Below, in pieces: positions 100,330 to 116,329 of a stretch of DNA of 124,000 nt (position 1 is the stretch's first letter; each line of letters begins with the position of its first letter). A model generated the notes under the pieces. The model was not told where the DNA came from and did no database searches. It saw only the letters and a list, made by a program, of their open reading frames with translations. The DNA comes from Octopus vulgaris (lineage: Eukaryota). Location: positions 25,192,001-25,316,000 of the forward strand of contig OX597819.1 in NCBI GenBank assembly GCA_951406725.2. Reading direction: 5' to 3'. The position numbers and the translations under genes are program-made.

Positions 100330-100888
100330 ATGCCCTGATGCAGTACCAGGCAGTGGCTCTCATGGCTTCTGATCTTAACTGATTGGAAGTGTTATCATGT
100401 ACATTGTTTTGTCTTGGTATAAAAGATTGGCTACAGCAAATATTCTGCTCAATACCACAGATTTGCTTGTCAGTTGTTTGACCTTAACCAGTTGAGCATG
100501 TCCCTTAGTGGCTGACGATATGTGCATCTCTGATCACGAGCAGAAGTAGTGGGGGAGCATCATAGCCATGTGTTGTTGAGAGGGATGCTTTGGGGTTTGA
100601 ATAGTTCACCTCTGGAAACATGGGTGGTTCTTTCAACATCCTTAAACAACCCTTATTCGGGGACCGTTTGAGCGGGATGGGCTACTCAACCTGAAGAAAA
100701 TTCAAACTGGGCCCCACCTGCAAGGTCATGTGCTGTTTATCTTGATATGAGATCACCATGTCGCGCACATATGGTTGTGATGCATGTGCCTGGTGTACCT
100801 TTATCAGACGGGTAGTCATGATGGGTATATTGGGCTTCGTATATTTTACCCCAGTGTCACTTTGATGGCATGAACTGCTCTCTCACTC
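100330..100888 (+). mobile_element. Family D TAA-flanked element (a deleted copy lies at 99758-100215)
   Basis: ATGCCCTGATGCAGTACCAGG...GCTCTCTCACTC|AATAATAAT. Confidence 0.8.
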
Positions 100889-100958
<70 letters not shown>

Positions 100959-101005
100959 TACCAAGTTACACTTTTGAAATAGCATAAGATATTTGTGTGT
101001 CTTTG

Positions 101006-101118
<113 letters not shown>

Positions 101119-101479
101119 GCACATGGCTGAAGTGCATAAAAGAATAAAAGACACACACACACATATATATATGTTTCTTTCATTCACTGATGTAATCTTC
101201 GTAATTATTATGCATTCAATTATTAGAAATTGTTTTTGGGCTGTCATTTGGAATATCGATAAACACCAGCTGCTGCTGCTGCTGCTTCCCTCATTGCTGC
101301 TGCTAGTGCTGCGGTTGTTTCTGCAGTTGCTGCCGTTGTGTTCTACGTGACAAAAATTAAAGAAAGAACAAAAAAAAAAAACAAAAAAAAGAAAAGAAAT
101401 CCAACTCTGATGACATTTCTGTTTATTGATTTCTGGTGTATAATATCAACCAGAGCAACCTCTGAAATAGCAAAATAGG

Positions 101480-101896
101480 AATGGTTACTGGGTTACAAGG
101501 GTTATCATCATCATCCTCATCCTCCTCATCATCATCATTATAGTAGACGCAGTCGTCGTCGTCGTTGTCGTCGTTATCACCCTCTTCATCACAGTCCTTG
101601 TCATCATCGTCTCATCAATATCATTGAAATCATCATCGTCATCATCATCATTGTCGTACATTTTCTTTCTCCCACTCCCCCTCCTCCTCCTCCTCCTCAT
101701 GATCATCACCGCGACTAGCATTGTTGTCGTCGTTGTCCTAATCATCGCCATCGCCGTCGCCGCAGCCGCCACACCCACTACCACCACCACCACTACCATC
101801 ACCACCACCACTTTCTTCTTCTTCTTCTTCTTCTTCTTCTTCTTCTCCATCATCATCATCATCATCTTCATCATCACCATCACCATCATCACCACC

Positions 101897-101962
<66 letters not shown>

Positions 101963-102230
101963 GTCATCATTATCATCATCTCCTGCTGCAGCATCGGTAC
102001 TTGCAGCAAGTTCAGCAGCCCGTCGTCGTCGTCCTTGTTATAATCATCACCATTGTCTTTATAATTGTTACAAATTCCAAAGTGTGCAACTACCACCCTT
102101 ACGATGCGCCATCCCCCACCATTACCACCACCACCACCACCACCACCATCACCACCATCACCACCACCGCCGTCAAAAGCTGTAGTACTACGATGGTCCC
102201 AAACACACTAGCAACAACATCAATCCTCAT
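101480..102230. repeat. Mosaic trinucleotide low-complexity tract (CAT/CAC/CTT/CCT/CGT)
   Basis: Direct reading. Confidence 0.9.
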
Positions 102231-102769
102231 TCTCATCCTCATTCATTCCAGTTTTGGTTACTGACGTTTCGGTATCACGTTTGACATCACAGAGAAACTT
102301 GATCCCTCTCTCTTCATCCCACTTTCTCCCCCTATTCTCCCCCCTCTCTCTCTCTCACACATGCTCATACACATTATTTCATACATGCACGCAAGGAACG
102401 CACCCATTCTTCTGTCTCTTTCTCGCTCTAACATACATAAAGTTTTGTTTTGTATGTGATTGTTCCAATCATTCTTACGTACGCACACCCATCTCTCATC
102501 GATCGATTCCTCCATCCATCTACCCATCCATCCACCCATCCATCCATCCATCCATCCATCCATCCATCTACCCATCCATCCATCCATCCATCCATCCATC
102601 CATCCATACATACATACATCCATCCATCCAGTCAGCCAGCCAGTCAGCCAGTCAGCCATCAACCCATCCATCCATCCATCTACTCATCTATACATCCATC
102701 CCTCCCTTCATCCCTCCCTCCCTCCCTCTCTCCCCCATCCATCCACCCAAAGATCCATCCATTACACAA

Positions 102770-103220
102770 TGGCATACATCCGCTCCTGTTGTTCAGAGTA
102801 AAGGTTGGCATCGATGGTTCGAGCCTCCAGAATGAACTCGTAGAGAATGATACCCATCATAATGCCACAAGAGACGTAGAACATCACCTCTTGTTCGAAA
102901 CATCCACGTTTGGTGGACAGTTTCCGAAAGCTGGACATTCCTTCACCACTGTTTATTCACGTTAGGATTGTGGAAAAAAATATCTCTATCGGATTATTAC
103001 ATGTTCCGATCCATGGATCATTTCCTACGCTTGCGAGGCTTCATCAACCAAGAGGACGTGGAAGATTCAGCGAAGGAGTCCTTCACCTCGAATGACAGCA
103101 ACTGGTATCAGAATGAGATCAAAGATCTGGCAGAAAGGTAACTTCAGACGGTGCAGCATGAAGGCCTCTACTTCGAAGCTAGGCTAAAGCAAATAAGTTA
103201 CCAAAATATTACAAAACTTT
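102770..103220. mobile_element. mariner transposase remnant with an internally inverted segment
   Basis: Plus SDYYMFRSMDHF...NQEDVED...WYQNEIKDLAER; minus [23 protein letters not shown] at 102785-102895. Confidence 0.65.
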
Positions 103221-103740
103221 TGTGTCAGCACAATATTAATTATTACTGCAATAAGGAACAATAATCCTTTAATGAAAGATAATAGATAGCTGAGAATATC
103301 GATACACACACATAAACATACAAACACACAGACATACACACATACGCACACACATACATTCCCCCTTCCCCTTCCCCTCCTCTTCTCCCCTCTTCTCCCC
103401 TTTCTTTCTCCCCCCTCCCCTTACCCCCCTCTTCCCTCATCTCCTCTCTCTACACTACACCATACGACTTTACACATCACATCATATATACATACACACG
103501 TCCAGACCTCTCATACGCACTAATACTCTCTCATACACACACACACACTCTTCTCATACACACACACACACACTCTTATGTTGGAGCGAGGTCATTCAAC
103601 CCTATTATCTCCCCTAATTTCACTCTTGCGTCTCATGTTTGATCTTTGACTTCTGGCCGAAATCAGATCGCCATGTTGATTCGCTAGCCTCTGCACGCAT
103701 ATTTTTTTCTCTCCTTCTTTCTGTGTTTTTTCTCTGTGTA

Positions 103741-103778
103741 TCTTTCTGTTGAAGAGCGTAGGCTCGAAACGTTAAAGA
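103741..103778 (+). ncRNA. Minimal hammerhead, CUGUUGA core variant
   Basis: TCTTT-CTGTTGA-A-GAGC.GTAG.GCTC-GAA-ACGT-T-AAAGA, inside a ~240-bp repeat also at 121812-122005(-). Confidence 0.65.
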
Positions 103779-104971
103779 CTTGTTTTATTTATATTTCCTG
103801 AGCGCCATACGAATACACTTGTTTGTTTGTATTCCAACTGCCTTCGTCTTTTGTTTATTTCCGTAAACCTGCCTTCGTCTTTTGTCTATTTTCATAAAGC
103901 TTCCCACATACATATACTTTTGTCTGACACAGGGACAAAAGTAAAGCTACTAAGGTGGCCACACTACATATAATAAAGTGGAAAATAGTCGAAAAGGCAT
104001 CCACACCATATGTTTATGGATAAAAAAAATGTAAGCTATGCATCACTGAACGAACTCAAATCCCCTAACTCTAACTCTGCTGTATTCTAGAGCCGAAATT
104101 TTCAGCGGTTGTAAGCATATGGCAAAGTTCTTGATGGTGAATTGGAAAGTACCTCCCTCTCCGGATTGACTAATAGACTCTAAGGCACTATTCTTTCAGC
104201 CTTATATTTCACGATATAAGGAGGAAATAACTCTAATTCTTCCCTTTTGATTCTTTCTTATTTGCTTTTCGTTTTCCGGTTTTTCAACCTTCCACCTTTC
104301 ATATCTACTTCTTTCACGCCTTTTCTTGCTGTTTCTCTCATCCTATTCTATTTTTAGATCGTCATACTATGTGGGCAGAGTCGGATTATTGTGTTAGGAC
104401 GCCAGCCGTGATAAAAAAAAACAATGGTATGCTCTCAAAACATGAAACTAATGGTAGCACATAAAATCATGTATTGCATTTATTTAATTATATATATATA
104501 TATATGCATACACATATATATATATATACACATACATAAATATATATATATATATACATATATACATAAATATATATATACATATATATATATACATACA
104601 TACATACATACATACATACATACATACATACATACATGCATACATACATACATACATACATATATACATAAATACATACATGCATATATATATATCTAAT
104701 GAGGATAAAATTTCTTTCGAAAAAAATTTTATCAATGGCCAGCATATCAAAAAATACCATTAAAGGTTAAATTTATAAATAATTCATAAATGAGGGCAAA
104801 GGAAAAAATTTCTAATGCCAAATATGCCGAAAAATTGGACATATTGTCCATTAACCATATTGTCCATTAACCATATTGCGTTTTGTGAAAAAATTATATG
104901 GTTAATGGACAATATGTCCAATTTTTCGGCATATTTGGCATTAGAAATTTTTTCCTTTGCCCTCATTTATG

Positions 104972-105030
<59 letters not shown>

Positions 105031-105293
105031 CCTAGCAGGCAATAAAGGTAAGGAATTTTCAGAGAAGCACGCAACCCAAGTGTTCTGTTCTATCAACGCT
105101 GTCGGATTCCAAACTAATACCGAAATTCTTTAGGTGTAGAAAATACTCGTTTCACAGCGGTAAAACCGTTATGTGGGTGTAATTCAAGTAACAAGACAAA
105201 GAAATACTTTAACACATCTTTAATGATCAGTAAAGATGTGTTAAAGTATTTTCCTTGTCTTATTACTGGGATTATATACATACATACATAAAT

Positions 105294-105358
<65 letters not shown>

Positions 105359-105999
105359 TGTGTGTGTATGTGTGAGTGTGTATGTATGTGTATATATTTC
105401 TGTGTACATATGTGTGTATGTCATCATACATAAACCACACCCGGTGATAGAACCATGTTATTGGAAATTTGCAAAACATTTTTCTGTTCTGCAATCACTG
105501 CTTTTCACATGTTTGTGAATTTATAGTTCTACTACTGGGCTATTCAAAACATTTCCCATAGAATATTTTATACGTATCTTTCACAGAAACACTTCTATGC
105601 AAAATGTACTTTATCGATAAAGTTTGATTCATTGAAATTTGTTTGAATTTTTTCTATCTCCCCTTCTTGTTTGGAATTGATAGCAATTGCCACAAGACAT
105701 TTGCTTATGTTTTTTTTTTCTCTCGAAAAGAAGATAATTAAAAATTTATCTTTTATGGTAGTTGATGTTTTTCATTCGTTTTATTGTTCATATCAATGCC
105801 ACAAGCCACTCTGAGTGATTACTTTTTCAGTTCAATTTGATTTAAATCAAACAAATTACCTTAGGCCATAAGTGACATATACTTTGTATATGTTTAAATA
105901 TCACATCTACAGGTTCCAAGGTACGAATGTACTAATCTCTCCAACTGAAACATAAACAGGTGTCCACGGCTACCCAATTGCTTCCAGACAGTCATCATC

Positions 106000-106495
106000 A
106001 TCATCATCATCATTGTTCCACCGTGGTCGAGACAATGGAATTTACCATGCTACGCCAGACTTCACGGTCCATCATGGCATTACGGAGGTCCTGTCGCTGG
106101 ATGCCTGTATCCCTGGAGATTACATCAGGGTAGGAGAGTGTGCGCCCTCTGGTATTGCGAGTAGATGGCTTCCAGAGGAGAAGAGTAGAAATTACTTCTT
106201 TTTCAGCTCTACAACAATGTCCAGCAAGCTGGACTCTCCTACCTTTCACAAGAGATGACACAGGTGGTAGTTTCCCATATATTTGCATTTTGGTTGGATG
106301 GCGCTTCTACGAGAGATTTTGAGCTCTCATAAAGAGGCGAGTGTAGGTTCCATCCAACCGCCTCTCAAGCTTCTTTGATAATGTCCAGGTTTCTGAGCCA
106401 TATAGTAGAATTGGTTCGACAGTGGCTTTGAAGATTTCAAGTTTGAAGTCTCTACTTAGATTTGATGACCAGATCTTATCTAAACAGTATGCCAA
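106000..106495 (-). mobile_element. RTE-clade LINE 3' end
   Basis: EPILLYGSETWTLSKKLERRLDGTYTRL...RRVQLAGHCCR...MDREVWR; (TGA)n tail. Confidence 0.92.
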
Positions 106496-107571
106496 TTTCG
106501 GAGAAATCGCGCCTGTTTGAGATTATCTCCCTTCTCAGCGGAAGTTACTCGTAATTTCAACAAACCGTTTATTTATTCGTGTCTCAAAAAGGAAAATACT
106601 TTTCATAAGTCAAAAATTTAACTTGCATGGTTCATTTATCCTCACTTATCACTTATTTGTTAATCCCTGATCCGGGATAACACAGTGCACTCATTGTAAT
106701 TCGCATTACGCTTATCATAAATTTATTTCTGATAACACTGGCCGCAGATCAGTCGAAGATTATTCTTGGCCAACAAAAGCCCGCTCCATCAACCATCCGC
106801 AGTGCTCATAACAACTTGGAATCTCGGAAGGAAATCCATTTTCCCATATGTTCTATCATATCATTCAGTTATCACTAATTCCTTTAATGCAGCGTATTAA
106901 TATACATGTATTTAATAGATCTTCATTCGTCTTTATTACTCGTACGTATCTGTACATAAAAAAAAGGACAAGTCAAAAGAGCCTGGAGGATTGTGTGCAT
107001 GCAGTACAGCACAGAAGGAACTGGAGTGACCAAGCAAGTCGACCAGTGGCCACATTTGGCCGAATTAAAACTAATTAGAATCAACGTAGAATCAACTAAT
107101 TAGAATCGACGCCTCACATATTCTCACTATCCTTATCTAAGTTAGTCTTCTATTTCAGTTTCAACCTTATCCTAATCACTTTATCTCCGTATGGCTTCCA
107201 GTTAAGCTGGACTAGAGTGTTTTTCTAATATACATGTATGCGTGTGTGAGTGGATATGTATGTGTGAGTACGTACATGCACACATATGTTTGTGTGTGTA
107301 TATGTGCATGTACGTATACATGGTTGTGTTTGTACGTATGTAGACGTTATGAACGCAGGAGGTTTATGTCTATATATTATGAGACTATATATAGTTGCGT
107401 GTATATATATATATGGTTGCGTGTATTCTTTATCCTTTATCTTCATTTTGTTTTTCTACCTATTAGAATAAATTCCCTTTTATTCAACGGTTTTTCATAG
107501 CGTCTATTGTCATTAATAGCCGACGAGAATGCATCGTAGCTCTTCGCTCCGACATTCGAAACTCCGAACAC

Positions 107572-107618
107572 TACAATGACATGGATGTTTCTGGGTCTTA
107601 ACCCGTCGTCAGCCCAGG
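107572..107618 (-). ncRNA. Hammerhead C.A variant, stem I 3' strand lost
   Basis: Minus: CCTGGG-CTGACGA-C-GGG.TTAAGA.CCC-A-GAA-ACAT.CC.ATGT-C. Confidence 0.55.
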
Positions 107619-107819
107619 ATAGTGAGATCTGCTGATTGAGGCGACTGTCACGTTAAGTTGACAGTATACAACCACTCTATTGCTCCACCACCGCTCAAGT
107701 CTCTTTGAGACATTTAGAAATTCAATATTTCTAATTACGGTGACCAGTGAATAGATTTCACTGTAAATATATATGTTTGTGAAGGCTAGATAGGCGCCTC
107801 AATCAGCATATCTCACTAT

Positions 107820-107866
107820 CCTGGGCTGATGACGGGTTATGGCCTAGAAACATGCGTGTCCTCAGG
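107820..107866 (+). ncRNA. Type-I hammerhead, C.A variant
   Basis: CCTGGG-CTGATGA-C-GGGT..GCCT-A-GAA-ACAT.GC.GTGT-C-CTCAGG; 6-bp stem I, GUC. Confidence 0.7.
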
Positions 107867-108083
107867 TGTGAATCTTGGCTGGTAGGGATGCTTGTCCCCC
107901 CATTCACAAATTTAAAGACACAGAAAATGTGTCAAAGCCGAAGGAAGCGTTCGATGCTTCCTAGGGATAAACAGCGGTGGTGTAATTCCCATACGGGACT
108001 GTCAAGTTAATTTGACAGTATACAATCACTCTATCACTCCACCACCGCTCATGTCTCTTTGAGACATTTAAAAATTTAATATT

Positions 108084-108130
<47 letters not shown>

Positions 108131-108504
108131 CATATATCTTTATGTGCGCGCGTGTGTGTATGTGTATGTGTGTGTCTCTGTTCTGTGTTTATCTCCCACC
108201 ATCGCTTTGATAACTAGTGTTGGTGTGCTTACGTCACTGTAGCATAGCAGTTCGGCCAAAGAGCCCGATAAAATAATTATCAGGCTTAAAAAAAATAACT
108301 ACTGGGGTCGATTTATTCGACTAAAAAATTCCCCAAGGTGGTGCCCCAGCATGACCGCAGTCTAATGACAGAAAAGTGAAACATAAAAAGATAGGGCTAC
108401 ATAGACATTCGTTTCTTTGAAACAGTTATAGTTGTTACATTTGGAAAAAGGAACGGCTACGTAAGGCTCCCACGTTGTCTTAGTTATGCTATAGAGTTGT
108501 TGAG

Positions 108505-110505
108505 AGTGGCAGTAGTGTGTTGTGATGAAGGTATCAGTGGGAGTGTGTGTTGTGATGAGGGTAGCAGTGGGAGTATATATTGTGATAAAGGTAGCAGTGG
108601 GAGTGTGTGTTGGGATGACGGTATCAGTGGGAGTGTGTGTTGTGATGAGGGTATCAGTGGGAGTGTGTATTGGGATGAGGGTAGCAGTGGGAGTGTGTGT
108701 TGTGATGAGGGTAGCAGTGGGAGTGTTTGTTGTGATGAGGGTATCAGTGGGAGTATATATTGTGATAAAGGTAGCAGTGGGCGTGTGTGTTGTGATGAGG
108801 GTAACAGTGGGAGTGTGTATTGTGATGAGGGTAGCAGTGGGAGTATTTGTTGTGATGAGGGTATCAGTGGGAGTATATATTGTGATAAAGGTAGCAGTGG
108901 GAGTGTGTGTTGGGATGACGGTATCAGTGGGAGTGTGTGTTGTGATGAGGGTATCAGTGGGAGTGTGTATTGTGATGAGGGTAGCAGTGGGAGTGTGTAT
109001 TGTGATGAGGGTAGCAGTGGGAGTGTTTGTTGTGATGAGGGTATCAGTGGGAGTATATATTGTGATAAAGGTAGCAGTGGGCGTGTGTGTTGTGATGAGG
109101 GTAACAGTGGGAGTGTGTATTGTGATGAGGGTAGCAGTGGGAGTATTTGTTGTGATGAGGGTATCAGTGGGAGTATATATTGTGATAAAGGTAGCAGTGG
109201 GCGTATGTGTTGTGATGAGGGTAACAGTGGGAGTGTGTATTGTGATGAGGGTAGCAGTGGGAGTGTTTGTTGTGATGAGGGTATCAGTGGGAGTATATAT
109301 TGTGATAAAGGTAGCAGTAGGAGTGTGTGTTGTGATGACGGTATCAGTGGGAGTGTGTGTTGGGATGAGGGTAGCAGTGGGAGTGTTTGTTGTGATGAAG
109401 GTATCAGTGGAAGTGTGTGTTGTGTTGAGGGTAGTAGTGGAAGTATGTGTTGTGAAGAAGGTAGCAGTGAGCAGTAGGAGTGTGTGTTGTGATAAAGGTA
109501 TCAGTGGGAGTGTGTGTTGTGATGACGGTATCAGTGGGAGTGTGTGTTGTGATGACGGTACCAGTGGGAGTGTGTATTGTGATGACGGTATCAGTGGGAG
109601 TGTGTGTTGTGATGACGGTACCAGTGGGAGTGTGCATTGTGATGAGGGTAGCAGTGGGAGTGTTTGTTGTGAGGAAAGTATCAGTGGGAGTGTGTGTTGT
109701 GTTGTGGGTAGCAGTGGGAGTGTGTGTTGTGTTGAGGGTAGTAGTGGAAGTATGTGTTGTGAAGAAGGTAGCAGTGAGCAGTAGGAGTGTGTGTTGTGAT
109801 GAGGGTAGCAGTGGGAGTATATATTGTGATAAAGGTATCAGTGGGAGTGTGTGTTGTGATGACGGTATCAGTGGGAGTGTGTATTGTGATGAGGGTAGCA
109901 GTGGGAGTGTTTGTTGTGATAATGGTAGCAGTGGGAGTTATTGTTGTATTGAAAGTATCAGTGGGAGTGTTTGTTGTGATGAAGGTAGCAGTGGGAGTAT
110001 ATATTGTGATAAAGGTAGCAGTGGGAGTGTGTGTTGTTATGAAGGTATCAGTGGGAGTGTGTGTTGTGATGAGGGTAGCAGTGGGAGTGTTTGTTGTGAT
110101 GAGGGTAGCAGTGGGAGTGTGTGTCGTGTTGGACGTAGCAGTGGGAGTGTTTGTTGTGATGAGAGTAGTAGTGGAAGTATGTGTTGTGAAGAAGGTAGCA
110201 GTGAGCAGTAGGAGTGTGTGTTGTGATAAAGGTAGCAGTGGGAGTATATATTGTGATAAAGGTATCAGTGGGAGTGTGTGTTGTGATGAAGGTATCAGTG
110301 GGAGTGTATGCTGTGATGAGGGTAGCAGTGGGAGCGTTTGTTGTGATGAGGGTAGTAGTGGGAGTGTGTGTTGTGTTGATCGTAGCAGTGGGAGTGTTTG
110401 TTGTAATGAGGGTAGTAGTGGAAGTATGTGTTGTGAAGAAGGTAGCAGTGAGCAGTAGGAGTGTGTGTTGTGATAAAGGTAGCAGTGGGAGTGTGTGTTT
110501 GTAAT
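108505..110505. repeat. 30-bp minisatellite, ~66 copies, with a recurrent 37-bp variant
   Basis: Consensus GTAGCAGTGGGAGTGTGTGTTGTGATGAGG; +7 variant starts at 109461, 109768, 110195, 110442. Confidence 0.96.
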
Positions 110506-110934
110506 AATGATAGCAGTGTGTGAGCGTATGTGCATGTGTGTGTGTGCGTGTGTGTATGTGTGTGTGTGTTGTAATGATAACGCTAATAACGTTGGTGATG
110601 GTTGTTACGCAGATTAATGTATGTTGGTTGGGGATGTTAGTTGTTATAAAAAACAGAGGCGGTGGTAGTTGCAGGGCTGAGTTCGGAGATGAATGGGGCT
110701 AGTGGAAATAGAAGTCGTTGTAACGTTGTTGTGGGATGAATATTGTGATGAATGAACGTGTTGACTTGCGTTAATCATATTGGTAGCTGCATTGGAAACC
110801 ATAGTAATATTTGTGAGCTTTTTGAAGGTGGTCGTAGAGTGACGACAGCTGTTATGATGTAGCGGTGGTAAGAGTAGTGGTTGTAATTACAATGGTGTGT
110901 TTTGAGATGAAGTTAGTAGTAGTAGTCGTATTAT

Positions 110935-113000
<2,066 letters not shown>

Positions 113001-113758
113001 AGAATGTGTGTGACAACTTGAAGATCCACCCACCCACCACACGTGATAGACTGGCGGTTGCACGGGCGCGAAAGCTACGTTGTTATCCTCATTCCGTAAA
113101 CGGTGGCTTTTAACGGGTGGAGAGCTGAACCATTCTGGGGCACAGAGGATTCGCAATCTAGACAAGGTTCTGAAAGTTTACCACATCATAGTGGGTTACA
113201 CCATGGTCCCGCTGCTTTGTGGCAGAAGTAGAAAGAGTGAGAGAAAATCGTGGTGAAAGAGTACAGCGGGGTTCACCCTACCCCCGCTTGAGCTTCGTGG
113301 AGCTTAGGTGTTTTTGCTCAATAAACACTCACAATGCCCGGTCTGGGAATCGAAACCGCGTTCTTACGACCGCGAGTCCGCTGCCCTAACCACTGGGCCA
113401 CTGCGCCTCCACTTGCTGCTGCTGTTGCTTTTGTAGTCGTTGTTGTGTTGCTGGTGGCGGCGGTTGTTGTTGGAGGTGCTGCTAATGGTGTGGTTCTTGT
113501 ATTTGATGCTGTTATTGTGATGGTAGTAGTTATTTAGAAAATATCGAAGACGTAGTCATAGTGATTGTTGGAACGGTTGTAAACCTCATGTTGCTGTTTG
113601 TATTGCGGTGGTGGCGGTGGTAGTTTTGGTGACAGTACTAATGGTTGTGTTGCTGTTAATGTATTTCTTTGGTCAGTGCTGATCGATCGAAGATAACTAA
113701 AGTACACGGCAGCAGTAGTAGCAGTAGCAGTAGCAGCAGCAGTAGTAGCAGCAGTAGT

Positions 113759-113802
<44 letters not shown>

Positions 113803-113879
113803 TTATTTATCTTCAGCTCAGCTCTTCGAGATAAAGGTAGTAGTACTAGATACGGTGGAGGTGGACGTGATGGTCAAGT

Positions 113880-114270
113880 AGCTAACTTATATTCTTCTGC
113901 AATTGTCACTTAGAGTGTCCGCTTGATCTGAATCTCTTGGTATCTGAGATACAAGGAGGAAAAAAGCCATTCGATGGGCCCAGTTGACAGAGGCGTAACA
114001 TGGCAGCAAAGCAACGATTCGGTTTTTGGCAGGCCGTAATGGGCGCATGTTACTCGACTCCAAACGGAGATACTGAAACTGCGACATGTCCAGCATTTCA
114101 TTGACGATTAGCAGGTGCGGTTGCAGTTTGTTAGCCTCACTTTTCTGCAGCTCGTCTCTTTGACTGAGATGCAGTACTGGATCAAGCATAGACTGAGACA
114201 GGGTGTCTGGTGCCTAGTGTATCGTTAGGTAAAGACGCTAAAGTTTTCGAAGCAGTTGTCCGTGAATATC
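113880..114270 (+). mobile_element. Tx1/L1-like fragment joining pre-RT directly to post-RT sequence
   Basis: 113960-114040 resembles 93230-93310; 114080-114220 reads LRHVQHF...FLQLVSLTEMQYWIK like 86194-86340(-); second copy of the latter at 115030-115140. Confidence 0.65.
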
Positions 114271-116329
114271 CTTTTCATCTTCGATTTTGAATGTAACGTT
114301 TAAATCTGATAAGTAGATGACATTCATAGCAGTATGTAGATGTATAACCAACGTACAGGAGGTGTAGTTTCCGAAATAGTTATCTTTAATATTCATCTAC
114401 TCGTTGATTTTATAAAGAAAATAAAAAGTGCTCACCTGAAGAGTAGATGAACTTTAGCGCTCAATTTCAATTAGTAGTTGTCCTGAGGAACAATGTGGCT
114501 ACATTGAATCCTAGATTTTGCATCGTGCTGCTGTTTCTTATAGAATTTAGTTATCAAGCAGCTGTTTTATACAACAGTTCATTTCCTTATTTTTCTCAGT
114601 CTGCTCAAGAGCAATGGTCCTGCAGATACAGATTACGACACCCAGTTCATATTATATACCTGACGTTCTGGAAGGTTACAATATGGCAATGTTTAGCAGA
114701 GATAATTGATGGGAATCAAAAAGTGGATGGGGGTAGTCAATTAGAGAGATCGTACGTACCCTTCATTCACTTTTGACACAAAATAATCTGATAATTATGG
114801 TTTTAGGTGACATATCAATATCCTGTTATAAGGCATGGGTTTCGTGAGTTTTTGTTTGATACTTTGTTTAACATCTTCTTAAAATGCTATGGCGTTTATT
114901 ATGTATAGTCCTTGTTGTTTACCTTAGATCTAGCCCGATCATGTAGAGCTATGATGAAAGATATTCCATTCATGACAATTCTGTTTTATTCAGACATTGT
115001 GTGTCTTGGTCTACATTGCTCTATATATCATTATAATTTGACGATTAGCAGGTGTGGTCACAGTTTGTTAGACTCACTTTTCTGCAGTTCATCTCTTTAA
115101 CTGAGCTGCAGTCCTGGATCAAGCGTAGACAGACGACCATGATTTCGAGAAGACTAATTCTAACAAATTGAACGATCACATAGAGACTCCCTCATTTGAG
115201 GGACTGATGCTGGAAGGATGTAATGTATTCGTCATCCTTTCACACACAGTTTGCAGTAGACTCTCAAGATTTTCCTTCCATTCAATTTCCTTGTCATTTA
115301 ACTTGTCAATTCTTCCCCGTATAGACTTCCAGGAGATTTCAGCTTGTACAGTTGATAAGTATATGTCATTTTCAGCTCTTACATCTATCTAATGGGATAT
115401 CTTTTACAGTAATGATTCTGCTTTATTATGTTCAAACTATGGCAGACAGATTTAGAATATTTCATGAACAGATTATTTAGTCATTTGCTTTCAAAATACG
115501 TAGGTTTGTATTTTCGACCTTCATCACTAGCAAGCTCCTGTTTCAAGTTATGCAGGCTATAACTTAAAATTCTAAATACAGGTTGTAATTTAAGATTTCA
115601 CGTTCCGTGTCTCCAAACAGTTCTAAGAATTCTTTTATTCATTTCTGAAGGTTAGTAAATGTATTAACTGTGTTACTATTTATATGTATTGTAACGTATC
115701 ATGTATAAATAAGTGAGGATTTGTGTATGCATGTATGTGTATGTGTGTATATGTATGTATGCTAGCTTGTATGTTTGTATGTATATATATGTAAGTATTT
115801 ATGTATATATGCATGGATATGTGTCTGTCTGATTGAACATACGTGTGTGCATATATATGTATTCATGAAAGAAATTCCAGCTTAGACTGATTTTCCTGTT
115901 TCATTATTTGCAATTTTTACAATTTTACAATTTAAGAATATTGAAATAAACTAGTACTTTCATGCACTACGCAACCACCAGGTTTATGTAGTGACAGTCG
116001 TGTTCCGCAATTGACAACTGTAGTGAAATCGTTGGGTTTATCCTTTAAATACCCCCCGATGTGCTTCAGCAGGCTGAATCTTACGAACTGTGTTTTGACC
116101 AATCAGTATGTGGCTTAGATATCACGGTTTGGTAAGCAAGACAACTGAGTTCTAGGGTAAGTATTTCGACCAATTAGTATGTGACTTAGACGTCACGGTT
116201 TGGTGAGCACGTCAAGGATAATTTACTCTGGTCGCACCTAAAGAAATAATTGTTTGGCTATATTTTGCAATGCTGTAAACAAAATTACTGTTTTCTTCGA
116301 AAATTTTCCCTTACACTCAATAATAATGT

